64,000 bases of DNA from a virus. This document shows, in pieces, positions 1 to 9,710 of the stretch. The notes under the pieces were generated by a model that did no database searches, was not told where the DNA came from, and saw only the letters and a list, made by a program, of their open reading frames with translations. The position numbers and the translations under genes were made by a program. How positions within the stretch are numbered: position 1 is the first letter of the stretch; every line of letters begins with the position of its first letter. The stretch spans positions 64,001 through 128,000 of IMG/VR virus record IMGVR_UViG_3300048113_001121; one strand, 5' to 3'.

Positions 1-492
1 ATCATCATCATGTAACTCATCGGCAGGTTCAAACATTTTAACTAACATGTTAAAGTTATCAGTAAAGTAACTTCTTAAATAAGCTCTTTTACCATGTACT
101 ATTAATCCGTCTCTATCTGTTTCATACTCTTCCCAATCGTCCCAATAGAAATCAACTGCGTCTTCGACAGCGTCTTCTAATTCACGACTAAAAGGACTTG
201 GCATTTTTTCGGGTTCACCTAATTGTTTGTGAATTGATTGATTGAAGAAATGTTGGTCAGAACTACCCCACTCATTTAATTCTTCTTCACCTAATTCATT
301 GGATAGTTGTTGTGCCGACTGGTTGGCCATTGCAAGGTCATTTTTTATTTTTTCTGTCTTATCGCTAGTCGTGTCTTGTTCGTTAACTAGTTTCTTATGT
401 AAAACACTGATTTGTTTACCGTCTAATTTCTTAAGGGTATTTAATTTAAATCCCTCCCTTAATAAGTCCATTATTTTAAATTTACTTTTCAT
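1..492 (-). CDS. Hypothetical acidic protein, runs off the left window edge
   Basis: Not in ORF track; frame read by hand from ATG at 492 (MKSKFKIMDLLREGF...KKLVNEQ...) is open to position 1; overlaps the end of the upstream gene. Confidence 0.8.
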   Translation of the reverse strand, partial: MKSKFKIMDLLREGFKLNTLKKLDGKQISVLHKKLVNEQDTTSDKTEKIKNDLAMANQSAQQLSNELGEEELNEWGSSDQHFFNQSIHKQLGEPEKMPSPFSRELEDAVEDAVDFYWDDWEEYETDRDGLIVHGKRAYLRSYFTDNFNMLVKMFEPADELHDDD

Positions 493-892
493 CTTCAATA
501 AAACTTTTTTCGTAACTTAATACGATATCTCTTTCATATAGTTTATCTTCTACAGATTTAACACTATCTCCGTAACCGAAAACTAATCTTTTAAATTTAT
601 CATTTATAATCGAGTCACTATCTTCATTTTCCCACGCTAAAGATATAACTCCATCAATCGAATCATATACACCAAAAAAGTCAGAATCTTGTATTAAATG
701 TAAATCAATGTTTACGTTTCTTAAAACACCAACTTTCTTTATATATTGAATATGGGGTGGTGAAGGGTTACCATTAGCTGGTTGTGCGTCCCATTCATCA
801 CCCCATACATCGTCTACATCTGAAAAGATGAATTCGTATATATTATCCCCTTTATAATTGGGACCTAATTCATTTATATAAACTAATTTCAT
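482..892 (-). CDS. Hypothetical phage protein (136 aa)
   Basis: ORF track; coupled to both neighbours by short overlaps. Confidence 0.75.
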   Translation of the reverse strand: MKLVYINELGPNYKGDNIYEFIFSDVDDVWGDEWDAQPANGNPSPPHIQYIKKVGVLRNVNIDLHLIQDSDFFGVYDSIDGVISLAWENEDSDSIINDKFKRLVFGYGDSVKSVEDKLYERDIVLSYEKSFIEDEK

Positions 893-2103
893 AGTAACTC
901 ACCTTTAGAAGTTACTTTAAATTGTTTTTTACCAGATTCAAAAATTAAATTTCCTTTATTAGTTTTACCTAAAAATTTAATATTAGTATTTTCTTTAAGT
1001 ATAAACTCTGAAGTTAATTCCTGTTCAATACTCTCTGATAATCTTTTTATTTCTTTTTTAACTGATATATTGTTAACTTTCTCAGCTAAGAATTTCTTAA
1101 TTTTTTTAGATTCTGTAATCTTTTTTTCACCATCGGTAACTACAAAGTACTTTTCTAATACCTTATCAACTTTTGACTCACCAAATATTTCATCAACCAT
1201 AGATTTCATAGAATCACCTTCAGCCATTTCACCTTCAGGTTCTTCCATATCCATATCCATATCTAAGTCTAAATCTAAATCTAATTCATCATCACCAGAT
1301 TCAACATCAATATCAACTTCACCTTCCATATCATAATCAGTTTCATCTTCTTCAAAATTAGCTAAAATATCTTCTTTATCTTCTTCAGAAAGTTTGTCTA
1401 ATTCAACTGCAGATATAATTGAATTTAAAACGTACTTAATGTCTTCAGAGGATAATCCTTGATTTTTATCGTAAGTTCTTAGTTTCTGTCCTATTTTACC
1501 TGTTAATTTTTGAATTACCTTGAATGAGCTCTCTTCATCTTCAACCTCAACCTCAACTTCTTCTTCTTCAGTATCATCTAAATCTAAATCCATATCTAAA
1601 TCATCAACACTTTCTTCAGAATCCATATCCATATCAACATCCATATCAACATCCATATCTAAATCCGCTTCAGGTTCCATTGATGGTTCATCAACATCGA
1701 TATCAACGTCAACTTTAGGTTCTGGTGTTTTTAAAACAAATTTCTTTTGTTCACCTATAATGTTAACTCCTTCAGTATTTTCATGTATTCTATTAAGTTC
1801 ACCAGCAATAAGATTCACTTTTTTCATTGCTTGAGAAAATGATTTGTAATGTTTACGGTTCTGCATTGGTTCGTTATAATCAAGTTCTGATTCACTTATA
1901 CCAACTTTTACTACGTATCCTGTTTTTTCTTTTACAATTCCGTAGTACTTTCCATCGGCCATCTGAATTGAATAGTCGGCTTTGGAGTTTTTGTTTTCAC
2001 TTAAAGTAGTGGGTTTTGAACCATAATTAGAAATCTCAAGAATTCTACTAATTTGTTCTTGACCTTCTAATTTCTCACTACCTAGAGGTTTTAAATCTGC
2101 CAT
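889..2103 (-). CDS. Highly acidic low-complexity protein, possible head scaffold/core protein
   Basis: 404 aa, D/E-rich (MD/VD/LD)n tracts, several I/L-x-E sites (LSE, ITE, LSE). Confidence 0.6.
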   Translation of the reverse strand: MADLKPLGSEKLEGQEQISRILEISNYGSKPTTLSENKNSKADYSIQMADGKYYGIVKEKTGYVVKVGISESELDYNEPMQNRKHYKSFSQAMKKVNLIAGELNRIHENTEGVNIIGEQKKFVLKTPEPKVDVDIDVDEPSMEPEADLDMDVDMDVDMDMDSEESVDDLDMDLDLDDTEEEEVEVEVEDEESSFKVIQKLTGKIGQKLRTYDKNQGLSSEDIKYVLNSIISAVELDKLSEEDKEDILANFEEDETDYDMEGEVDIDVESGDDELDLDLDLDMDMDMEEPEGEMAEGDSMKSMVDEIFGESKVDKVLEKYFVVTDGEKKITESKKIKKFLAEKVNNISVKKEIKRLSESIEQELTSEFILKENTNIKFLGKTNKGNLIFESGKKQFKVTSKGELL

Positions 2104-2132
2104 ATCTCTATATTTTTAATATTTTTTAATTT

Positions 2133-2291
2133 TTAATTATATAAACCATTAACTCCACCCAATCTAACAGTGTCGCACTGAGTAATTGATTGATTTTTAT
2201 CGTTCACATATGTAGCATGCATTGGTGTAAATGAGGTTGTCCCACTCACAGGTATTGTGTATTCTGTCGATGTACATCCAGTTTGTGCCAT
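2133..2291 (-). CDS. Small hypothetical protein (52 aa, MAQTGCTSTEYTIP...GGVNGLYN)
   Basis: Hand-translated, below ORF-track cutoff; TATTTAT box at 2306-2312 upstream. Confidence 0.7.
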   Translation of the reverse strand: MAQTGCTSTEYTIPVSGTTSFTPMHATYVNDKNQSITQCDTVRLGGVNGLYN

Positions 2292-2364
2292 AATAGTTTT
2301 TTATAATAAATATACCGTAAGTTAAGAATTTCCATTTTTTCTTAGCCTACGTTATAATTATAGT

Positions 2365-3108
2365 TTATTTTTGCTCAGATAAAGAAAGACGATTATCAAT
2401 AACATCATTCTGAAAATCGAATAGTTTCTGTATATATCCATTCCTTCTTAGATATTTAAAAACTAAATTCTCATAAGAGTATTCACCCTCTTTTTCTAAA
2501 CCACAACCTCTATATTTTTTTAACTTATCTTTTACTTTTTGTATTTTCTCTAAAGAAGTCTCTAAATCATCATCCGATTCTTCAACATCATCAATCACTA
2601 AATCTATTATGTCTTCCCACTGCTCAACCTTATCAGTAATAATTTTTTTATTGATATTAACCTCCTCTTTAGTAGGTTCAACTAACCATTCATTAAATAA
2701 TACTGAATACACCCCTGTTGATATGTGTGGTTCATTTATATCTTGAACATATAGTTCAACTTCATAACCTTTAACGGTTATATCGTGTGTGGAGTTAAAT
2801 AATGTTTTTTTTAGTTTAAATAAGTCCTTATAAAGTTCCTTTTCATTTCCTGACTCATTAAAGTCATACATAATGTGTAAATCTATATCTGAAAATTCGG
2901 ACCAATTGTAATTAGATAGTGACCCGGTCATTGTTATATCTTGTATAAAAATGTCGTAATCTAAAAACTCAATGAATTTATTAGCGATTTCGATTAACTG
3001 TAAACGAATTTCTTCTTTCATCACGGCATTTGTAGGGTCATCAGGATTATCCCAAATAGTGGGATTTAACTCATCTTTTACATCAAAACTAGAAATTATA
3101 TTATCCAT
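2365..3108 (-). CDS. DNA polymerase beta-superfamily nucleotidyltransferase
   Basis: TGSLSNYNWSEFSDIDLHI (GS...DxD) and a downstream acidic strand (VELYVQD). Confidence 0.7.
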   Translation of the reverse strand: MDNIISSFDVKDELNPTIWDNPDDPTNAVMKEEIRLQLIEIANKFIEFLDYDIFIQDITMTGSLSNYNWSEFSDIDLHIMYDFNESGNEKELYKDLFKLKKTLFNSTHDITVKGYEVELYVQDINEPHISTGVYSVLFNEWLVEPTKEEVNINKKIITDKVEQWEDIIDLVIDDVEESDDDLETSLEKIQKVKDKLKKYRGCGLEKEGEYSYENLVFKYLRRNGYIQKLFDFQNDVIDNRLSLSEQK

Positions 3109-3129
3109 GTTTATAAATAGTGAGTTTTA

Positions 3130-3378
3130 TTACTTTGTTAATTTTTTATATTTGTATTTCCTTCCTATCTCTTTATTAAAGAATCCTCCTTGAGATTCTG
3201 CCATTCTAAATTTAGTATACATTGAGTGTGGTACTTTTTCGTATTCGTACTCCATACCATTTTTAAATGTTACCACTAACTTCTCATTAGAGGTATTATA
3301 AACTGTCTTTTTTAAGTTAGATGAGTCAATTTCATTTATGATTAATTTCCCTTCTATTTTTTCATTTTTAATTGCCAT
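3130..3378 (-). CDS. KTSC-domain protein
   Basis: SSN..K..YN....L.VTFKNG..YEY..VP...Y..F..AES.G.FFN pattern. Confidence 0.85.
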   Translation of the reverse strand: MAIKNEKIEGKLIINEIDSSNLKKTVYNTSNEKLVVTFKNGMEYEYEKVPHSMYTKFRMAESQGGFFNKEIGRKYKYKKLTK

Positions 3379-3421
3379 AATATATTTTTTTAATAAGTAT
3401 AGGAATAATATATAAATAAAA

Positions 3422-3441
3422 AACCCTCCGTATGGAGGGTT
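3422..3441. terminator. Intrinsic terminator hairpin (T-run on - strand)
   Basis: AACCCTCC-GTAT-GGAGGGTT. Confidence 0.75.
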
Positions 3442-3446
3442 CTTTA

Positions 3447-3800
3447 TTACTTTCTTAAGTTTTTAATTTTATCCCTAAGTTTAATCGATTCTTCAAAATT
3501 CTCTTCAGTAATAGAAATACCTAATTTTTCTTTTAAGTCTTTTATTTCTTTTCCATTTTTTTCCAAGTTTTTAATTTTGTCTCTAAGTTCAACCGCTAAT
3601 TCAAAATTTTCTTCTGATATAGCATTATCTAATTCTTTTTTTAATTGATTCGTATTATTATCGGTAGTACTCGTAGTCGATTTACTATCGTAATAAAAAA
3701 TGTATCCATTAGGTCCTACTTTATAGTAAGTTGGTTTTATTTCATTAAAGAATGAGTCAAACTCATCGAATAGTTCATTAAATTTTCTTTTTCCAAACAT
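3447..3800 (-). CDS. Protein with two UvrB/UvrC (UVR) coiled-coil motifs, putative Clp adaptor
   Basis: AISEENFELAVELRDKIK and SITEENFEESIKLRDKIK; start moved to MFGKRK (3800) because the sigma54-like box lies across the longer start. Confidence 0.7.
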   Translation of the reverse strand: MFGKRKFNELFDEFDSFFNEIKPTYYKVGPNGYIFYYDSKSTTSTTDNNTNQLKKELDNAISEENFELAVELRDKIKNLEKNGKEIKDLKEKLGISITEENFEESIKLRDKIKNLRK

Positions 3801-3848
3801 ATTATTAGTTTTTTTTATTTTATTGTTTATCTTTGTACTTAACAAATG

Positions 3849-3863
3849 GCAAAAAACGTACCA
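3849..3863 (-). promoter_or_regulatory. sigma54-like -24/-12 promoter
   Basis: Minus strand TGGTACG-TTTT-TTGC, exact spacing of TGGCACG-N4-TTGC. Confidence 0.6.
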
Positions 3864-3907
3864 TAAGTTATATAATGTCCATATGACTCATCATTATAGA
3901 GGAATAG

Positions 3908-3951
3908 TGACATAATGACAGTTAACCTAAATTTAATATGACAAAATGTCA
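3908..3951. promoter_or_regulatory. Paired TGACA-N3-TG(A/T)CA boxes in the divergent UVR/clpC intergenic region
   Basis: TGACA-TAA-TGACA (3908-3920) and perfect palindrome TGACA-AAA-TGTCA (3939-3951). Confidence 0.5.
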
Positions 3952-4010
3952 AGTAGTTGATAAACGAACAATTTTTGTTATATTAGTAATGATAAATTAA
4001 TTAATATAAT

Positions 4011-6029
4011 ATGATAGAAGAAGTAGACCCAAACGAAAAGGGTGGTCGTAACCCTAAAGAAGTGAGTAACTCTAAAACACCTGTGTTAGATAATTTTTCT
4101 CGTGACCTAATTAAACATGCTGAACAAGGTAAACTTGACCCTGTTGTTGGTCGTGAGAGAGAAATTAATCGTATCGCACAAATCCTTTCCCGTAGAAAGA
4201 AAAACAACCCAATTATCATTGGTGAACCAGGAGCGGGTAAAACTGCCATAGTAGAAGGTTTAGCTATGAAAATTTTTGAAGGTGATTGTCCTCAAAACTT
4301 ATGTGATAAAAGAATAGTATCATTAGATATGACATCTATTGTCGCTGGAACTAAATATCGTGGACAATTTGAAGAAAGATTAAAAGTTATCTTAGATGAG
4401 TTATATGAAAACCCTGAAATAATTGTCTTCATTGATGAGATACACACTATTATTGGTGCAGGTAACTCTTCAGGTTCGTTAGATGCGTCTAATATATTTA
4501 AACCGGCATTAGCAAGGGGTGAACTCCAATGTATTGGGGCAACAACTCTTGATGAGTATCGAGAGAATATTGAAAAGGATGGTGCACTTGAGCGTCGTTT
4601 TCAGAAAGTAGTAGTTGACGGTGCAACACCTAAAGAGACATTAATAATTTTACAGAATTTAAAATCAAGGTATGAATTTCATCATAAAGTAAGTTATAGT
4701 GATGAATCATTAGAGGCTTGTGTGACCTTAGCAGATAGATATATTACTGATAGAGAATTTCCTGATAAGGCAATTGATATTATGGATGAGGTAGGTGCCA
4801 GTGCGCAAATCAATGTTAAATTACCTGAAGTTATTGAAAAGTTGAAGGAACAAGCATCATCTATAAAAGATGAGAAAATACAAGTCGTGAAATCTCAACA
4901 ATATGAGAAAGCAGCAGAACTTAGGGATAAGGAGAAAAAGATTCTAAAGAAATTAGATTCGGAAAAGGTTAAGTTTGAAAAACAAAAGGATGTTACACGT
5001 AAACCAATAACTGAAGATATGGTTTATAATGTAGTTGCAACTATGACTAAAATTCCAGTTAGTCGTTTAAACAATGATGAAAAAGAATCTTTACTAAATC
5101 TTGAAGATAATCTCAATACCACAGTAATTGGTCAAGAATTGGCGGTTCAAAAGATTTCAAAGGCGATACGTAGAAATCGTGTAGGAATTAAAGACCCAAA
5201 TAGACCAATAGGTTCTTTTATCTTCTTAGGTTCTACCGGTATAGGTAAAACTCATTTAGCTAAACAATTAGCTAAAGAAATTTTTGGAGATGAGGATGCG
5301 TTAATAAGAATGGATATGTCTGAATATCAAGAAAAATATACGATGTCTAGACTTATTGGTTCACCTCCCGGATATGTCGGTCATGACCAAGGAGGACAAT
5401 TAACTGAAGCAGTTAAGAATAAACCATATTCCGTAGTTTTGTTTGATGAAATTGAAAAGGCTAATAAAGATATATTCTCACTACTCTTACAAATGATGGA
5501 TGATGGTCACCTTACAGATAGTTTCGGTCGTAAAATAAATTTCAAAAATTGTTTGATAATTATGACTTCTAACTTAGGAGTTAAAAAACTTCAAGATTTC
5601 GGTACAGGTGTTGGTTTTGAAACAACAAACAGAATGTCGAATAATGAAGAAATGAAAAAAGCTCTCCTTCAAAAAGAGTTAAAAAATCATTTTACTCCTG
5701 AATTTTTAAATCGTGTTGACGAAGTGGTGGTATTTAACCCACTAAAAGAAAAAGAAGTTTCACAAATAGTTGAGATTGAATTACTAAAATTAACAACACG
5801 TTTAGAAGATATGAACTACAATATCACTATTAGTGATACGGTTAAAGAATTTATTTCAAATGTTGGATTTGATGAAAAATATGGGGCACGTCCGATTAAA
5901 AGAGCAATTCAAGAAAAGATTGAAGACTTAATATCTGAAGAAGTTTTACGTGGTACAATCACTGAAGACAAACCATTTGTTCTTGATATGAAAGATGAAG
6001 AAGAACTTATTGTAAAGAAAGGGAATTAA
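4011..6029 (+). CDS. clpC: ClpC-like Hsp100 AAA+ ATPase lacking the Clp N-terminal domain
   Basis: Two Walker A motifs ([16 protein letters not shown]), Walker B IVFIDE and [11 protein letters not shown]-type middle segment ([13 protein letters not shown]), ClpP-docking-like GVGF loop. Confidence 0.85.
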   Translation: MIEEVDPNEKGGRNPKEVSNSKTPVLDNFSRDLIKHAEQGKLDPVVGREREINRIAQILSRRKKNNPIIIGEPGAGKTAIVEGLAMKIFEGDCPQNLCDKRIVSLDMTSIVAGTKYRGQFEERLKVILDELYENPEIIVFIDEIHTIIGAGNSSGSLDASNIFKPALARGELQCIGATTLDEYRENIEKDGALERRFQKVVVDGATPKETLIILQNLKSRYEFHHKVSYSDESLEACVTLADRYITDREFPDKAIDIMDEVGASAQINVKLPEVIEKLKEQASSIKDEKIQVVKSQQYEKAAELRDKEKKILKKLDSEKVKFEKQKDVTRKPITEDMVYNVVATMTKIPVSRLNNDEKESLLNLEDNLNTTVIGQELAVQKISKAIRRNRVGIKDPNRPIGSFIFLGSTGIGKTHLAKQLAKEIFGDEDALIRMDMSEYQEKYTMSRLIGSPPGYVGHDQGGQLTEAVKNKPYSVVLFDEIEKANKDIFSLLLQMMDDGHLTDSFGRKINFKNCLIIMTSNLGVKKLQDFGTGVGFETTNRMSNNEEMKKALLQKELKNHFTPEFLNRVDEVVVFNPLKEKEVSQIVEIELLKLTTRLEDMNYNITISDTVKEFISNVGFDEKYGARPIKRAIQEKIEDLISEEVLRGTITEDKPFVLDMKDEEELIVKKGN

Positions 6030-6091
6030 TTTTCCCTTTTCTTTTTTATTTGAAGAATAAATTGTATATTTGTACTCTAAATAATAAACAA

Positions 6092-7204
6092 ATGGATAAT
6101 ACACGACTCAATAGACTAAAAGACGTACTATCAGTACCAACAAAAACGTATCAGGAAGAAAATATGGTACAATACCTACGCGACGTATTGGATGCAATGC
6201 CCGATGTTGAGTATTATACTGACGACATGAATAATGTCTACGCCACTAAAGGTACTTTAAATGAGGGTGAGTATTATCCAATGTTTATTGCCCACACAGA
6301 CACAGTACATAGTTTGGTCGATGAAATAGTTGTTCAAGAAGAATCACTTATCAAACCCAACACCTTTGGACATACTTACGGTGATGAAGAATTTCTATCC
6401 CTAAAGGGTTATACACCAAACGGTAGTCCAACAGGTATTGGTGGAGATGATAAGTGTGGTGTTTTTATCGCATTAGAGCTTTTAAGAGCCCTACCCAAAG
6501 TTAAAGTTGGACTATTTGTGTCCGAAGAAACGGGGTGTCACGGTTCGAGTAAATGTGATATTAACTTCTTGAACGATGTGGGTTATGCGGTTCAATTTGA
6601 TGCACCTGGAAATAACTTAATTACTGAGGTATGTTCAGGAACAAGATTGTACGAAAAGGATGGGGATTTTATTAATAAAGCTTTACCACTTTTTAATGAA
6701 ATTATGGGGGTTAATGCCGACCCACAATCTCACCCATATACTGATGTCTCTCAGATTAAACGTAAAGGGGATTTTAGTTGTATTAATTTCTCATGTGGTT
6801 ATTACAATATGCACACAGAGAATGAATTTGTAGTTGTAGATGATGTTAACAGAGCGGTAGAATTTTCTATTAAATTAGTTAATAGACTTGAAAATAAGAA
6901 ATATATCTATGAGTACGAAAAACCTAATTATAACGACTACGGGACTCTATTTGATGTTAATGATGACGTTTTAGGTGAGTGGGACGACTATGAAGAAGAG
7001 ACCTATGAATTAGAAAATATCACAGTAACCGATTACAAAGAAGGGTTATCAATTGAATCTAAGTTTACTGGTGACGTTATCTATATGGATGAAAGTGAAG
7101 TGGGGGAACTCTATGAAATTTTAAGAGAAAAATTACTGTCAATGAATTATCAAGACGAACTTGATGAGGCTTCGGCAGAAGGTTCTACAAGATTTTTTAA
7201 TTAA
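6092..7204 (+). CDS. M20/M28/M42-type zinc peptidase
   Basis: AHTDTVH, GGDDKCG, SEETG, YYNMHT metal-ligand motifs; TATATTTG box at 6065. Confidence 0.8.
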   Translation: MDNTRLNRLKDVLSVPTKTYQEENMVQYLRDVLDAMPDVEYYTDDMNNVYATKGTLNEGEYYPMFIAHTDTVHSLVDEIVVQEESLIKPNTFGHTYGDEEFLSLKGYTPNGSPTGIGGDDKCGVFIALELLRALPKVKVGLFVSEETGCHGSSKCDINFLNDVGYAVQFDAPGNNLITEVCSGTRLYEKDGDFINKALPLFNEIMGVNADPQSHPYTDVSQIKRKGDFSCINFSCGYYNMHTENEFVVVDDVNRAVEFSIKLVNRLENKKYIYEYEKPNYNDYGTLFDVNDDVLGEWDDYEEETYELENITVTDYKEGLSIESKFTGDVIYMDESEVGELYEILREKLLSMNYQDELDEASAEGSTRFFN

Positions 7205-9117
7205 TCCTCAAATGGGTCAAATAATTGATAATTAGAAATTAACTTCTCTATTGTCGATAATTTGGCCCTTCCTTTTTTAATTTTCCATTGTGGGTTATTT
7301 CTACGTAGTTCAAAATCTATTTTATTATCTTCAGGTTTTATCCCTTTTATTTCTATCGTAACATCACCATTAGGACCATTTAAAGTTTCAACTTCTATTT
7401 TTTCGTTAAAACCAAACTTTTTTTCTACCACATTAAAAATTCTTTTATATTCCTCAATATCTACATAGTCATCAGACTCCTCAATTTTTTCAAGTAACTT
7501 ATCTAAAGCAGAGTCCATAGGGCTATCAAAATAATACTTAAAGGTTTCGTCATCTACGTGTTCATACGCCATATTGTGAGGTTCTTCAACATTCATACTG
7601 ATATTTTCATCCATATACCACTCTAACATTTCTTTTAAACTCAAAGATTTACTGTACTCGATATTACTGTCATACATTTTTATTAAATCATCGATTGATA
7701 CTGAGTATTTATAGAAACATGTATCTTCTAGTTTAAACCCTTCAGGTTCATATAAGTTACACAACTCATCTGTAAGTGCCTTTTGGACACCTATTTTCAT
7801 AGATTCGTCTTGAGCGTTACCATACGCATCATCAAAACTTTCGTAGAAATCGTTATCAAAATTCATTAAAAAATCACCCATTTTGGATAAAGGGAAATTA
7901 TCATTATCAACTAATGATAAATCGTATAACTCATAATAATCCTTTAAATCTTTACCTAACTCTTTGAATTTTTTTAACTTTTCTCTTGATACGTTTGGAG
8001 AAGTTTTGAATGAACCTTTAAATTTATCACCAAGTAATTCAAGTATTTTTTTTAATGTTTTTAGGTGTGATGAATTAAGTGAGTACAAAGGGTACCCTTC
8101 TTTGATGTCTTCTTCAAAATTATAACGGTCATAATAATAATTATCCATACCGTAAGGTAGTTCAATAGCGTTTGAGTAACTACTAAGTTCATAGTCTTCT
8201 AACTGTTCGTTCATTATAGAAAGAAACTCTTCAGCACCTTCAAATCTAAGGTATACTTGTTCAGTATCCATATAATTAAAATATCGTGCGGTAAGTGTTT
8301 GTTTTGAGGCCTTTAATTTACCCTCTTTAACTTTAATTAATTTTTCGTAATCAGTATTACCTTTAAGTATTTTTTTAAGTACTTCAGAAATCGGCTCAAA
8401 CCTATCAAGTAAAAAATCTTCACTCCTTTGATTATCTTTTTGGTCGTAAATCCAAATATTACCATTTTCATTAATATTAATGGCCATTTTACCTAAAGTT
8501 TCGTCACTAGACTGTTTATCAATTACGTAAACTAATACTCCAGAATCACCATATCGATTAAAATAACTTCGATTATCTTTAGACGCCGTACACCATTTAG
8601 TATTTGCACCATAGTAACATGACGCATCATGACTATAAGGTCTTACCACTAAAAATCTACTATCCTCATAAAGTTTATCGGTATCTTTTATGGCCTCTCT
8701 TTCTAATTCTCTATCTTTTTTCTTTTTGTCCATTGCAGATAAGACCGTTTGTAACTCCCAATATGACTTATATCTGTGTATATCTTTAGGAGCACCTTTT
8801 ATATATGTGTCATTAATACCTGAATGTAATTTTTTAGCTAAATCAATATCTTTATCAGTAATTGTTAATGATAGGTCGTGGAAAGTATTAATTAAATCTG
8901 TAATTTGAGTGATAACATCGGGAAGTGACGCACCATCATTAATTTTCATGAATTCAATTACTTGTTTAATAGTCCACTCAGAATACTTCTTAGTGCTCGA
9001 TGGGTCACTATCAATAATCTTAGATATAAAATTATTATCTTTGTATATTGGCTCATCACCATACTTAGAAATAAGATTCTCTTTTTTACCTTCGTTTAAT
9101 AATGTACTGAATTTCAT
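7201..9117 (-). CDS. Hypothetical 638-aa protein with LLNE leader, putative virion internal protein
   Basis: ORF track; TATTTAT box at 9132-9138. Confidence 0.65.
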   Translation of the reverse strand: MKFSTLLNEGKKENLISKYGDEPIYKDNNFISKIIDSDPSSTKKYSEWTIKQVIEFMKINDGASLPDVITQITDLINTFHDLSLTITDKDIDLAKKLHSGINDTYIKGAPKDIHRYKSYWELQTVLSAMDKKKKDRELEREAIKDTDKLYEDSRFLVVRPYSHDASCYYGANTKWCTASKDNRSYFNRYGDSGVLVYVIDKQSSDETLGKMAININENGNIWIYDQKDNQRSEDFLLDRFEPISEVLKKILKGNTDYEKLIKVKEGKLKASKQTLTARYFNYMDTEQVYLRFEGAEEFLSIMNEQLEDYELSSYSNAIELPYGMDNYYYDRYNFEEDIKEGYPLYSLNSSHLKTLKKILELLGDKFKGSFKTSPNVSREKLKKFKELGKDLKDYYELYDLSLVDNDNFPLSKMGDFLMNFDNDFYESFDDAYGNAQDESMKIGVQKALTDELCNLYEPEGFKLEDTCFYKYSVSIDDLIKMYDSNIEYSKSLSLKEMLEWYMDENISMNVEEPHNMAYEHVDDETFKYYFDSPMDSALDKLLEKIEESDDYVDIEEYKRIFNVVEKKFGFNEKIEVETLNGPNGDVTIEIKGIKPEDNKIDFELRRNNPQWKIKKGRAKLSTIEKLISNYQLFDPFED

Positions 9118-9182
9118 TTAAAACTTTTATAATAAATAGTATATTAATAGGATAATTGGTTTTAAAGGCTTATATTTGTTAT

Positions 9183-9698
9183 ATGAAAAAGATACTACTA
9201 ATATTACTAACACTTATTTCTATCGTAAGTTACTCACAGGACTTAGGTGAAATACAAAGACATTTACTGAATTTAGTAAATGAAGAAAGAAGTAATAGAG
9301 GTTTAAGTACTTTTGTAACCGACACACTAATAAATAATGGGGCTAAAATACATACCGATTACTTAAGTACGATAAGAAGTTACAAACAAGTGTCCCACAC
9401 TAATCCTAACTTAAAATATAAATACCCATCTGATAGAATTAAAATTGCAAGTAATTCAAAATATACTAATTCATCAGAAAATGTAACCGCGTTTACCTAC
9501 GACTCATCTAAAACAGATTTAGAAATCGCTACACAAGCTCATAATAATTTTATGAATTCAAAATACCATAAAATGAATGTTTTAACTGAATATGGGGATT
9601 ATCTTAATGAAGGTTATATATTACCAAGTCACTATGGTCACCACGTTGTTTACAATAAAAAATTGAATGCAATTATTGTAGTTCAAATGTTTCCGTAA
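9183..9698 (+). CDS. Secreted CAP/SCP-domain protein
   Basis: Signal peptide MKKILLILLTLISIVSYSQ; LVNEER..RGL, AKIH, ENV, FMNSKYHKMN motifs; TATATTTG at 9171. Confidence 0.8.
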   Translation: MKKILLILLTLISIVSYSQDLGEIQRHLLNLVNEERSNRGLSTFVTDTLINNGAKIHTDYLSTIRSYKQVSHTNPNLKYKYPSDRIKIASNSKYTNSSENVTAFTYDSSKTDLEIATQAHNNFMNSKYHKMNVLTEYGDYLNEGYILPSHYGHHVVYNKKLNAIIVVQMFP

Positions 9699-9710
9699 AA
9701 TAAATTATAA

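Noticed and set aside
1621-1665. CCATAT/CAACAT micro-repeats (also ATCATT repeats near 14990)
   Set aside because: Simply encode (M/V)D and N/D low-complexity protein tracts.
242-2009. Plus-strand ORFs 242-520, 1070-1336, 1520-1834, 1524-1718, 1827-2009 and similar Ser/Leu-rich ORFs throughout (e.g. 7262, 11972, 14144, 16360, 46453, 58312)
   Set aside because: Antisense shadows of acidic or AT-rich genes; no motifs or promoter context.
3801-3845. ORF-track start at 3845 for the UVR gene (also extended starts at 6050, 9156, 11478, 30317, 31610, 32076, 57273)
   Set aside because: These extensions run through promoter boxes or neighbouring genes; downstream ATGs fit better.
4011-6029. ClpB call for the AAA+ ATPase
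   Set aside because: Short UVR-type middle segment and a GVGF ClpP-docking-like loop fit ClpC/ClpE-type rather than ClpB.
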